From Candidatus Cloacimonadales bacterium (GTDB lineage Bacteria; Cloacimonadota; Cloacimonadia; Cloacimonadales; JAFGVF01), in assembly GCA_963667035.1 (NCBI GenBank), contig OY762964.1:2016001-2080000 (forward strand): a stretch of DNA of 64,000 bases. Direction: 5' to 3'. The notes beneath the pieces were generated by a model. The model was not told the DNA's origin, did not search any database, and saw only the letters and a program-made list of their open reading frames with translations. The translations under genes were made by a program, and so were the position numbers. This document shows, one piece after another, positions 1 to 9,381 of this stretch (its first letter is position 1; the number at the start of each line of letters is the position of its first letter).

Positions 1-1094
1 TTAACTCTCTTCTCAAGTTCAGACAATCCTCGGATTCCACCAATGAAATCGATTCTTTCATCAGTTCTTGGATCACCGATACCAAGGAGAGGAGCAAGAA
101 GGTTATCCTGCAAGATAGATACATCAAGAGCTTTTACCGGATCATTTGCGTCAAAAGTTCCTTCTTTTGCAGTAAGCTTATACCATTTGTTGTTGATATA
201 CATACCGAATGTATGACGTGTTTCCGGTTTGTATGCTTCAGCACCAACTTCTTCAACATCGAAATGCTTTTTAACAAGCTCAAAGTACTCTTCGTCACTG
301 TGACCGTTAAGGTCTTTTACAACACGGTTGTAGTCCATAACATAAAGCTGGTTATCAGGGAAGATAACAGCCATGAAGAAGTTGTATTCCTCTTCACCCG
401 TAAAATCAGGATTCTCTTCTCTCAAGCGGAGACCGACTTTAGCAGCAGAAGCTGTTCTATGATGACCGTCAGCTACGTAAAGATAAGGCATTGCTTGGAA
501 AGCTTCAGATATAGCTTTGATATCATCTTCATTATCCATAAGCCATAAAGTATGTTTAACACCGTCGTCAGCTATGAAATCATATTCAGGAGTTTTTTCG
601 ATAGTTTTGTTTACTATTGCATCAATCGCATCTTTGTGGGGATATGTAAAGAATACAGGAGAAGCATGAGCTGCACAAGTATAAACATGTTTGATTCTAT
701 CTGCTTCTTTAGCAGCACGAGTAAGTTCATGTTTCTTGATTATATCGTTCATATAATCATCAACTGCAGTACAACCAACCAAACCTATTTGAGATACATC
801 ACCCATGATCTCACGGTACACGTAAAACATTGGCTTTTCATCTTGAGCCATGTGTCCATCTGTCACATATTTATCTAAGTTTTCTTTAGCTTTCTGATAT
901 ACTGCTTCAGAGTAAAGGTCGGTTCCTTCAGGTAAATCAACTTCTGCTTTCTCAACATGGATATAGCTGAGAGGGTTTCTCTTTACTTCTTCTCTTGCTT
1001 CAGCAGAATTCATTACATCATAAGGTAATGAAGCGATATCTTTTGCTTTGCCCTTCACAGGTCTAACAGCTTTAAAAGGTCTGAATACTGGCAT
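1..1094 (-). CDS. DUF1015 family protein (3' end outside window)
   Basis: Missing from the ORF track because it runs off the left edge. Manual translation from ATG at 1094 gives MPVFRPFKAVRP...IASLPYDVMNSAEARE...NPLSYIHVEKAEVDL, and RIDFIGGIRGLSELERRV near the edge. RBS AGGAG upstream. Confidence 0.85.
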   Translation of the reverse strand, partial: MPVFRPFKAVRPVKGKAKDIASLPYDVMNSAEAREEVKRNPLSYIHVEKAEVDLPEGTDLYSEAVYQKAKENLDKYVTDGHMAQDEKPMFYVYREIMGDVSQIGLVGCTAVDDYMNDIIKKHELTRAAKEADRIKHVYTCAAHASPVFFTYPHKDAIDAIVNKTIEKTPEYDFIADDGVKHTLWLMDNEDDIKAISEAFQAMPYLYVADGHHRTASAAKVGLRLREENPDFTGEEEYNFFMAVIFPDNQLYVMDYNRVVKDLNGHSDEEYFELVKKHFDVEEVGAEAYKPETRHTFGMYINNKWYKLTAKEGTFDANDPVKALDVSILQDNLLAPLLGIGDPRTDERIDFIGGIRGLSELEKRV

Positions 1095-1174
1095 ACAGTT
1101 TCTCCTTAGGTATAATTTATTAGTTTATGTGTTACTTGAAATATAACATTGATTTATGTCAATTAAATAGTAAG

Positions 1175-1328
1175 TAAGCCCGTTAAGGGCTTAATATGAA
1201 TAGCCATAGGTCGAATGACCTATGGTAATGTACCACTTCTAATTCAGCCCATATAGGGCTGCAAATCTTTGGGTTTGTTACCATGGGCTAACGCCCATGG
1301 CTTTTCAAATTCTGCCCTTACCGGGCAG
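1175..1328. repeat. REP-like multi-hairpin element (inverted pair)
   Basis: Hairpins AGCCCgttaaGGGCT, ATAGCC-ATAGGTCgaatGACCTATGG, AGCCCatataGGGCT, CCATGGGCtaacGCCCATGG-CT, CTGCCCttaccGGGCAG. Same architecture as 43181-44352 and 19843-19889. Confidence 0.75.
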
Positions 1329-1343
1329 GATAATTGTCTTGTA

Positions 1344-1685
1344 TTATTTTAGCAGATCATTTTTCATTTTACGTAAAAGTTCATTAAATAAATCGTCTCT
1401 TGAACGGTAAAGTTGTCCGTTTTTAGCAAGTAAAGCAACTTCTTTAGACCCAAATAATTCAATTTTTAACTGGAAAAGTTCATATTCATTAAGATTTCCC
1501 ATAGAAGGATTATTGGCAGATTCTATCATTGCTTGTAAAAATCCAATATAAGCATTTCTTTTTTCTTCATACTTCCTTTCTTGATCTCTTCTTTTGTTTT
1601 GTAATACATTCTGTAAAATAGTTGATAGAATTGTACCAAAACCAATACCTCCAATCATAGTTATAATGACCTGTATCCAATCCAT
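1344..1685 (-). CDS. small hypothetical protein with N-terminal TM helix
   Basis: GGAGG RBS before ATG at 1685; hydrophobic N-terminus followed by a charged helix. Confidence 0.7.
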   Translation of the reverse strand: MDWIQVIITMIGGIGFGTILSTILQNVLQNKRRDQERKYEEKRNAYIGFLQAMIESANNPSMGNLNEYELFQLKIELFGSKEVALLAKNGQLYRSRDDLFNELLRKMKNDLLK

Positions 1686-1747
1686 TGTCCCCTCCATACA
1701 CAATTACGATAACATCATTATCTAATCATCATGAATTATTTTACTGT

Positions 1748-2491
1748 CTATTCCATCAATCCTGATGCAATAATCTCTCGGATTTCATCCATTAGGACAG
1801 CAGTTCTTTCAGGAGTTATATCATCAGGTCTAATCGGCTTATGTATATGTAGAAACATATCAGCTTTATTAAGGCATTTTCTCTCTTCATACATCTTGTA
1901 TGTTCCGTTTATTGTTATTGGTACTATAGTCGCATTGGATTTAAGAGCCAGTTTAATACTTCCTTTCTTAAACTCACCTAGTTCAGGTCCTCTGCTTCTC
2001 GTGCCTTCCGGGAAAATCACAAGAGAGTTACCTTTCTTAATGTTTGCAATACCTTTATTAATTGTGTTTCTAGCATTCTTAGCACTAGATCGGTCAATAA
2101 AAATACAACCTATAGCATACATCCACTGAGCAAAAATTGGTAATCTCATTAAGCTTTTCTTAGCAATGAATCCAACTCGCATCGGCATAGCTGATAGTAT
2201 TATCAGAATATCGAAGACTCCCTGATGATTTGATATGAAGCAGATATTCTCTTTTTCGGGAACATTCTCAATACCCTTCACAGTCAGTTTTCCGCCTGCA
2301 GTTTTGTATATATATTTAGACCAAATATTTACACAGTGATAAATGAATCTGTTACCGAATCTTTTTAGTCCTATTCCTTTCATCAACAAGCCCAAAGCAA
2401 GGAACGGTAAAGTAAATATCATTGGTATACCAAGTACCCAGATGAAGAAAAGCAATGATACAATATTATCCCGTCGTGTTTTTTTAACCAT
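1748..2491 (-). CDS. plsC: 1-acyl-sn-glycerol-3-phosphate acyltransferase
   Basis: NHQGVFD (HX4D), FIDR and FPEGTRS motifs. Confidence 0.93.
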   Translation of the reverse strand: MVKKTRRDNIVSLLFFIWVLGIPMIFTLPFLALGLLMKGIGLKRFGNRFIYHCVNIWSKYIYKTAGGKLTVKGIENVPEKENICFISNHQGVFDILIILSAMPMRVGFIAKKSLMRLPIFAQWMYAIGCIFIDRSSAKNARNTINKGIANIKKGNSLVIFPEGTRSRGPELGEFKKGSIKLALKSNATIVPITINGTYKMYEERKCLNKADMFLHIHKPIRPDDITPERTAVLMDEIREIIASGLME

Positions 2492-2577
2492 TATATACTA
2501 CTCCACTAAACTATATTCATGATTAGAATTATAGAGTTAAGAGGTATGTCAATATTTTAATCGTTCTGTTTCTCGGT

Positions 2578-3584
2578 TTAGTTTCTGTTTCTCATTTCAT
2601 AGATCTTCAATATGTTTAAGTTAAGCATCCAATCATTAGATTTTTGCGTAGCAGCTAGCTCCCCTCCGGGAAACTCTGCATAGTTATATTCAAGAGAAGC
2701 AATGTCTTCATAGTTCAATCTGATTCCATATCCTTTAGAATCTCCGACAATTCCACCTTTAGCATCTTCATAACTTCCTTCTCGATAGAAGAATGTGTTT
2801 AGTAAGCCAAGTTCAAATCCATTGCCGTTAATAGGGTTACTGTTCGAATTCAAGTCTCTTTCTTTTCCAAATGTATACATGAACGATATGATTGTCTTAA
2901 AGAATGAGTTAAAACTAGGGAATAATTCAATATCACGCATAGGAATAGCTGAATAGAAGCCTAATCCATACCTTTGTGTCATTGGTAAGGAATCGGAGCC
3001 AAACTGCTCTCCATAAGAGATTTTACTATCTGTCATATTAGTGAGTGTATATCCATAAGAAGCATCAAGGTTAATGAACTCTAAATTATTCAATTCGCTT
3101 AGATGAACAACTCCCATAAAACCTATGTCTAATGCATGTGTCTTACCTTTAACTCCTGCCGGATTTCCAGTTACTCCGTTTCCTTCCGGAGCTAAATCAC
3201 TATAGACATAACCGTATGCAAGACCAACATTCAAATCTACTGCTTTAAAAAAACTATCCTTAAATTTCTCTTTATAACACTCGAATGGGTTAAATGCGAT
3301 AGTAATTTTAGGTGAAGTTTCATAAGATTCATAAGTTTCTGAATAGTCATTCTCCTCATTTGAACTTTCCATCTCTCCATAGCTCATAGTTGTACCAAAT
3401 GTAATGTTATCATCTATTATTTTGTTCATCATTGGTATTGTTAGACCAAAACCGTTATAGGTCATATTTGCATAGGAATGATAAAAATATATATCGTCCA
3501 TATTTGCTTCCTTAAACCACTCATCATTTATATAACTCACTTGCAGACCATTGTGTATTGACGCATGAGCCGGATTACTCCAAC
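2578..3584 (-). pseudogene. PorV/PorQ-like outer-membrane beta-barrel, 5'-truncated by IS3
   Basis: WSNPA, YSDL, ALDIG and SKISY...DSLP..QRYG segments resemble the PorV family. No signal peptide. The first ~30 codons of ORF 2578..3672 lie inside the IS end. Confidence 0.65.
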
Positions 3585-3674
3585 TGTAAAGTCCTGATGC
3601 AGGTAGACACTTTTTATCATGGATAAGTTCTCTAAAGAACGAAAGTTGTCCACAATATGGTTTTACTTGCATGA

Positions 3675-4570
3675 CTAAGATGCAAGTGCCTTATTATAAA
3701 ATTCATTAGGTGTTTTAAGCTTTAGTGCACAATGCAAGCGTTTATTGTTGTAAAGATAAACTGCATCGGCGACTACTTTCCTAGCTTGTTCTATATCTCT
3801 GAATTTATCTCTCAAATAAAACTCATACTTTAGAGTCCTATTGATTCTCTCGGCTATCGCATTGTCGTAGCATTTGTTAGGACCGGTCATGCTTATATCT
3901 ACTCCACACTCTTGCAATCGATTAGTATAGATTCCTGAAGTGTATTGAGAACCTTTATCAGAGTGGTGTATCAAGCCGGGTGCAGGCTTGATACTCTTAT
4001 AAGCTTTATTGAAGGTTGCAAGTGTACTTTCTGCCGTCATGTCTTTCTGTACTGTAAAACCAACAATCTTACGACTGTAATAGTCTGTCATTATTGATAG
4101 ATAGCAATGCTTGCTATTTACTAACTGCAAATAGGTTATATCTGTTACCCAAACCTGATTAGGTCGAGTTACTGTCAGATTCTCTAATAAATTTGGATAT
4201 ACTTGATGATCCGGGTCAGAGACAGATGTATATACCTTACGAGGCTTATGTTTAAACATCAAACCATGAGCTCTGAGTATATCAAAAAGCTTATCGCGTC
4301 CAACTGTGATTGGAACTCCATATTCAGGGTCAAGAAGATGCTCCTGTAATTTACGACCTCCGGTCTCCGGTATTTCTGAACGTATAACCATTACTTTAGA
4401 GATTACCTTTTCTTCAAAATCTATCTTTTGCTCTAAGACTTTCTTCTCTTTGTAATAGCTTTTTCGGCTACATCCGAGTGCTTTGCAGGACGCTTGGACT
4501 CCGATTCGAGTTCGCTCTCTTGTTCTCTGATTCTTTGAAGTATCGACTGCCCTAATGCGCTCTTTTTTTT
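3675..4570 (-). CDS. IS3 transposase OrfB (rve DDE domain), fused to OrfA by -1 frameshift
   Basis: WVTDITY, HHSDKGSQY and DNAIAERINRTLKYE motifs. The frame stays open upstream of 4391 to the A-run (CKALGCSRKSYY). Confidence 0.9.
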
Positions 4571-4900
4571 TAAGTCAATACCATATTTGTCCTTGGCTAT
4601 ATCTATCAAAGCTTCATAAACTACTGCCTTTACTTGGGCATCATCTAAGGCTTGCTTTAACATTTTTACTTCTCTTTTAAGTAATATATTTTCTGTCTCT
4701 TCTGTTTTTGACATAACATGTACCGTCCTTCCTATCCGATCATTTATTCCGTATTCATTAATCCAACGTTTCAAAGTAGAGGAGCCACCTATGTTGTAAA
4801 TAGTTCTTGCTTGGGAGATAGTTAGAACTCCATCCTCAATCTCTTTAACTACTTTACGTTTAAATACTTCACTATAACATAATGCTGTTTTCTGTTTCAT
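4433..4900 (-). CDS. IS3 transposase OrfA (HTH)
   Basis: YSEVFKRKVV...TLKRWI HTH followed by a coiled coil. A9G slippery run at 4562-4571. Confidence 0.88.
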   Translation of the reverse strand: MKQKTALCYSEVFKRKVVKEIEDGVLTISQARTIYNIGGSSTLKRWINEYGINDRIGRTVHVMSKTEETENILLKREVKMLKQALDDAQVKAVVYEALIDIAKDKYGIDLKKKSALGQSILQRIREQESELESESKRPAKHSDVAEKAITKRRKS

Positions 4901-4961
4901 TTTCTGTAAACCTTTAATTTCTCTCAGTTATATATGTGTCTACTTTATTTAGGACGTTGTA

Positions 4962-5050
4962 TTCTCTCGGGTTAGTCTCCCGTTGCTCTCCCGTTGCTCG
5001 CAACGAGATAGAAACGGGAGAGAAATGAGAGAAAAACTTCTGAAAAATGT
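4962..5050. repeat. 11-bp-periodic element, homologous to 62205-62306
   Basis: (g/c)TCTCCCGTTG x2 followed by inverted AACGGGAGA-type units; near-identical block at 62205. Confidence 0.8.
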
Positions 5051-5157
5051 GAAGTTGGCGGGATGCCTTAAAGGAAACAAAAGATGAAGTAAACGTCGGG
5101 ATTTGAAAGATACCTGATTTAGTAACTTTCTCTTTTTGATTTCCTAAATAAATACGA

Positions 5158-6402
5158 CTAGAATAAAATCGGGAAGCTAATCAGTACAATTACTATCCAA
5201 ACAGCATAAACAGGTAGATATAATCCGACTGTTCGGGTTACCAATTGCTCTTCACAACCTTTACGGATAAACTTAATCAAAGCAAGAATAAGCATAGCTA
5301 AATGTGCCGAAATAACAAGATTTGAACCCAGTACAGCTAATTTATTCGGAGATAATCCGTATTGAGTAATTCTATAGAATATTGCGGAAAGGGCTATAAT
5401 ATTTATAACAAATGCTACAAGACCTAAGCATAAATAGATATATCTGTATATTTTACTCTTCAAACCGTGCTTATCCAGAAGACCAAAAGAGATAATCGCC
5501 AGAACCAGAAAGAGTGAAAGGTTGAATACTAGCAGAGAGTCTCTGTTTTCATATAAACTCTTTGTAGAAAATGGCAAGAGAGCAAGATATATAAGTAATG
5601 TAACTAAAGTGATCGGGCTAAAAATCCTGACCATAATAGGAGAAATTCTGCCGGCAATATCGGGATAATTCTCAGTGATAACAAAAGCAATAATTGGAGA
5701 GATTAATGTGAACCAGAGGAAAATATTCTTCTCTAAGAAATGCTCGATATCAATATCAATAAGCTTGAAAAGTCCCAATGCCAATAATGCTATAGCGAAT
5801 AATCCCAATGCAATAACTATGGACATTATTGCTATATTCCCGTTATTTTTAACAAAATCATTTCTCTTACTTATTACCTTAAGGTCAAAATCTATATAAC
5901 TTAAGCACCATATAAACCATAGAAGAAACGGTAAGTGTAGTTTTAAAAGGAAATTCACGTCATTTATTGCCAATCCGGGAACAATGTTTATATATATTGT
6001 TAGTCCCAGCACTGTTAGAACAGTTCCCAGTATTGGTTTCAGATTTACTTTGTTTCTGTAGAATACCGTCATTAGCAATCCAGCTAAAATTATAAGGGAG
6101 AAGTTCTTTGCAAAAAACTCATCCTTATCGGCAATACCAAGCATATAGGGGATTTTTGTAAAAAGGAACATTATCGCACATATAATTATGGTTGATAAAA
6201 CCTGATGCCTTGAAGAATCTATCGATATTGCTTGCGGTTTTCTATAATTAAGTCTTGCTTTCCAAACGTTAAAGACCTTATCATCAGCCAGTTCTGTAGC
6301 AGAATTGTAGAAATCTCTCTTAAATTCTTTTTTGTCTGTTCTGTATAGTTCTTCCAGTTTTTCGGGATTATCTTTCCATTTGATGAAACTATTCTCGGGC
6401 AT
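5158..6402 (-). CDS. multi-pass membrane protein (DUF4153-like)
   Basis: About 11 TM segments; DNPEKLEELYR N-terminus and YGLSPNKLAVLGSN motif; GGAGG RBS before ATG 6402. Confidence 0.7.
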   Translation of the reverse strand: MPENSFIKWKDNPEKLEELYRTDKKEFKRDFYNSATELADDKVFNVWKARLNYRKPQAISIDSSRHQVLSTIIICAIMFLFTKIPYMLGIADKDEFFAKNFSLIILAGLLMTVFYRNKVNLKPILGTVLTVLGLTIYINIVPGLAINDVNFLLKLHLPFLLWFIWCLSYIDFDLKVISKRNDFVKNNGNIAIMSIVIALGLFAIALLALGLFKLIDIDIEHFLEKNIFLWFTLISPIIAFVITENYPDIAGRISPIMVRIFSPITLVTLLIYLALLPFSTKSLYENRDSLLVFNLSLFLVLAIISFGLLDKHGLKSKIYRYIYLCLGLVAFVINIIALSAIFYRITQYGLSPNKLAVLGSNLVISAHLAMLILALIKFIRKGCEEQLVTRTVGLYLPVYAVWIVIVLISFPILF

Positions 6403-6484
6403 TATGCCTCCCATAAAGATATAATCTATTACTTAAGAATGTTAAATATGGAATTCCGGTTGTCAATACAAAAATATGGTAAAG

Positions 6485-6511
6485 AAAAAGCCCGACTCAT
6501 AGGTCGGGCTT
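6485..6511 (-). terminator. intrinsic terminator of the pilin-like gene
   Basis: AAGCCCGACtcatagGTCGGGCTT hairpin with T-run on the minus strand. Confidence 0.75.
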
Positions 6512-6531
6512 AAAAACTTAAATTGCTTAAG

Positions 6532-6930
6532 CTATTCGCTTTTCATTCTTAAATAGAATGCTTCAGGGATAACATGATCAGGGAATTCATCATGATTAGG
6601 ACATGAGATATGAATTTCAACCTCACCATTATTGTATTTTCCATTCATTTGATACTTGTCACCTACACCGTTCTCAGGACATTCGAAAGTACTTCTGAGA
6701 TAACCTGTTCTTTTCAATTCAACAGCATCACCTGTAAAGTCTGTTTGACGGTCAATCATATATTGTTTGATAGCTTTATAAAGCTGTTCTTGTTGCTTAA
6801 TACAGATATCAGTATTCTCTCTTCTGTTAAGATTAAACATACTTGGTAAAGCAAGTATAAATATCAAAACCAAGAAGGCAACTATACTGATAATGCCATA
6901 GATGGAAAAACCTTTCTGATTTCTGAGCAT
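6532..6930 (-). CDS. type IV pilin/pseudopilin-like protein
   Basis: QKG|FSIYG prepilin-like cleavage site followed by a hydrophobic helix; three Cys; Gly instead of Glu at +5. Confidence 0.65.
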   Translation of the reverse strand: MLRNQKGFSIYGIISIVAFLVLIFILALPSMFNLNRRENTDICIKQQEQLYKAIKQYMIDRQTDFTGDAVELKRTGYLRSTFECPENGVGDKYQMNGKYNNGEVEIHISCPNHDEFPDHVIPEAFYLRMKSE

Positions 6931-7053
6931 CTTATCTCCTAATAATTAACTTATTATTTCAATTAATATTCCTAAGCAAGCTTGAATCCGTCAAGAATTT
7001 TCTCGACTAATGAGTTTCAGCTACTCTGAATATCAATGTTAAGACTTACTAAT

Positions 7054-7093
7054 AAAAAAAAGAAAAGATCCATAATTCTGTATGGATCTTTTC
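7054..7093 (-). terminator. intrinsic terminator of rocD
   Basis: GAAAAGATCCATA-attctg-TATGGATCTTTTC hairpin plus long T-run on the minus strand. Confidence 0.8.
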
Positions 7094-7118
7094 AATATAT
7101 CTAAAGCTAATTGTTAGC

Positions 7119-8366
7119 TTAAGCGTCTAATTCGTCAAAAACTTCTCTGATTATACGAACACAATCATCAAGTTCTTCTTTAGTAATTACCAATGGAGGT
7201 GCAAAACGAATAATATGTTGGTGAGTAGGTTTGCAAAGAAGACCTTTTTCTTTCAGCATTACGCATACATCCCATGCTTCAACACCATCTTTAGGTTCAA
7301 CAATGATTGCATTAAGAAGACCACGACCACGAATGGTTTTAAGTCTTGAGCTATCGATAGTTGCAAGTTGCTCTCTGAAATACATTCCCAAGTCATAAGC
7401 TTTTTGAACTAAATTCTCTTCTTCAACAACTTCAAGAGCTGCTTTAGCTACTGCACAAGCAAGAGGGAATCCACCAAAAGTAGAACCGTGTTCACCCGGT
7501 TTGATTGTCATCATGATATCATCGTTTGCAAGAACTGCAGATACAGGTAATACACCGCCGGAAATAGCTTTACCAAGAATAAGAACGTCAGGTTTTACTT
7601 CATCGTACATAGTAGCTAAAAGTCTACCTGTTCTGGCAATACCGGTTTGAACTTCATCGGCAATAAAGAGTACATTATGCTTTTTGCAAAGGTCATAACA
7701 TGCTTTAACATAGCCGTCTTGAGGAACGTAAACACCTGCTTCACCTTGAATAGGTTCAACGATAAATGCAGCAACCTTGTCAGCTTTGGCTTCAAGAATC
7801 TCTTCTAAAGCTTTAGGGTTGTCATAATCAATTACTTCAATACCGGGAACAAAAGGACCGTAATCACCATAAGAGTCAGGATCATCAGATGCAGAAACTA
7901 TAGCAATTGTGCGACCGTGGAAGTTCCCGTGAGCAAATACAAGAATAGCTTCATTCTCAGGAATACCTTTAACTTTATAAGCCCATTTGCGAGCAAGTTT
8001 CATAGCTGTTTCAACAGCTTCGGCACCACTATTCATTGGAAGAACTTTATCAAAACCGAAATATTCGGTTACATATTTCTCATATTCTCCAAGTTTGTTG
8101 TTAAAGAATGCACGAGAAGTAAGTGTAAGTACTTTTGCTTGTTCTACTAATGCATTGATAATCTTTGGATGGCAATGACCCTGGTTAACTGCTGAATATG
8201 CAGAAAGGAAGTCATAATATCTGTTTCCTTCAGGATCCCACACATAAGCACCTTCACCTTTGGCAATTACAACAGGTAGCGGATGATAATTGTGTGCTCC
8301 ATACTTTTCTTCGAGTTCCATAGCTTTTTCAGAACTTATTGCTCCATAGACTAACTTTTCAGCCAT
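7119..8366 (-). CDS. rocD: ornithine--oxo-acid aminotransferase
   Basis: GAHNYHPLPVV, SAYSAVNQGHCHP, DEVQTG, LGKAISGG (PLP Lys) and HGSTFGG motifs. Start at MAEK after GGAGG. Confidence 0.95.
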   Translation of the reverse strand: MAEKLVYGAISSEKAMELEEKYGAHNYHPLPVVIAKGEGAYVWDPEGNRYYDFLSAYSAVNQGHCHPKIINALVEQAKVLTLTSRAFFNNKLGEYEKYVTEYFGFDKVLPMNSGAEAVETAMKLARKWAYKVKGIPENEAILVFAHGNFHGRTIAIVSASDDPDSYGDYGPFVPGIEVIDYDNPKALEEILEAKADKVAAFIVEPIQGEAGVYVPQDGYVKACYDLCKKHNVLFIADEVQTGIARTGRLLATMYDEVKPDVLILGKAISGGVLPVSAVLANDDIMMTIKPGEHGSTFGGFPLACAVAKAALEVVEEENLVQKAYDLGMYFREQLATIDSSRLKTIRGRGLLNAIIVEPKDGVEAWDVCVMLKEKGLLCKPTHQHIIRFAPPLVITKEELDDCVRIIREVFDELDA

Positions 8367-8784
8367 TATTCCTCCATATTCCATTTATTATATGTTTATT
8401 GCCTTCATGGTTAGATAGGGTTAAATGTCAATCTTTTTCAAAGATTAATAACTTATAACTCATCAAGATAAGTTGTTACAACAGAGAGAATGTAACATAG
8501 TTACTGTACTATATTCATTATTCGGGATTTAAATCTCTATACTACTGTTTAATACAACTGATTAATTGCTAACATTTAAGTATAACTTGAGATACATAAT
8601 TACCCTATAGAAACTAATCTTTAAGTACTAAAGACAATACCTATTCCTAACTTCCTAGTGTAAAAGCAATTATTACAGACTGTAGTCAGAGCTATTCTAA
8701 CTATCATACCTATATCATTATTAAGCAAAGACTTTTTCATTGACTAAAAGCTAAGGATTATGAAACTTCATGTTGAGGTGATAA

Positions 8785-9381
8785 ATGATACATACGTTAT
8801 TGAATCGTAAAAAGATAGTATTAGCTTCTGCTTCTCCCCGCAGAAAAGAGATATTCAAATTTTTTGGAATTAAGGCACTCCAATATCCTTCAGAAATTGA
8901 AGAACCTGAACTTGATTTACCACCTTATAAATTGGTTCAAGAGCTTGCACTGATGAAAGCAAACCACATTGCCGGGAAAGTAGATTCAGGATGCATGATT
9001 GTCGCAGCAGATACTATTGTTTATCATGAGAATGAAGTCTTGAATAAACCTGCTGATGTTGCTGAAGCTGTAGATTTCCTCACACGACTATCCGGAACAT
9101 CACATGCTGTATATACAGGTATTGCTATTAAATATGGAGCTTATATTAAAACAGACTATGCTAAGTCTATTGTTAAATTCAAAGTACTCGATATGTATGA
9201 GATTGAAGAGTATGTGAAAACAGATGAGCCAATGGATAAAGCAGGTGCATACGGGATACAAGGATATGGAAGTCAATTCATAGAAAAGATATCAGGTTGT
9301 TACTTCAACGTAATGGGCTTTCCAATCTCAACTTTCTACGACAATCTGAAGTTAATGCAGAAAAAAGGGTTCTTAAAGTGA
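8785..9381 (+). CDS. maf: Maf-family nucleoside triphosphate pyrophosphatase
   Basis: LASASPRR, AADTIV, DKAGAYGIQ and NVMGFP motifs. Confidence 0.95.
   Translation: MIHTLLNRKKIVLASASPRRKEIFKFFGIKALQYPSEIEEPELDLPPYKLVQELALMKANHIAGKVDSGCMIVAADTIVYHENEVLNKPADVAEAVDFLTRLSGTSHAVYTGIAIKYGAYIKTDYAKSIVKFKVLDMYEIEEYVKTDEPMDKAGAYGIQGYGSQFIEKISGCYFNVMGFPISTFYDNLKLMQKKGFLK

Larger units (their letters stand above)
3585..4961 (-). mobile_element. IS3-family insertion sequence (~1377 bp)
   Basis: Imperfect 26-bp terminal IRs: TGTAAAGTCCTGATGCAGGTAGACAC (3585-3610) and GTGTCTACTTTATTTAGGACGTTGTA (4936-4961). Contains orfA and orfB. No target duplication visible. Confidence 0.9.

Noticed and set aside
213..878. 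Plus-strand ORFs 213..548 and 552..878
   Set aside because: Antisense shadows of the DUF1015 gene.
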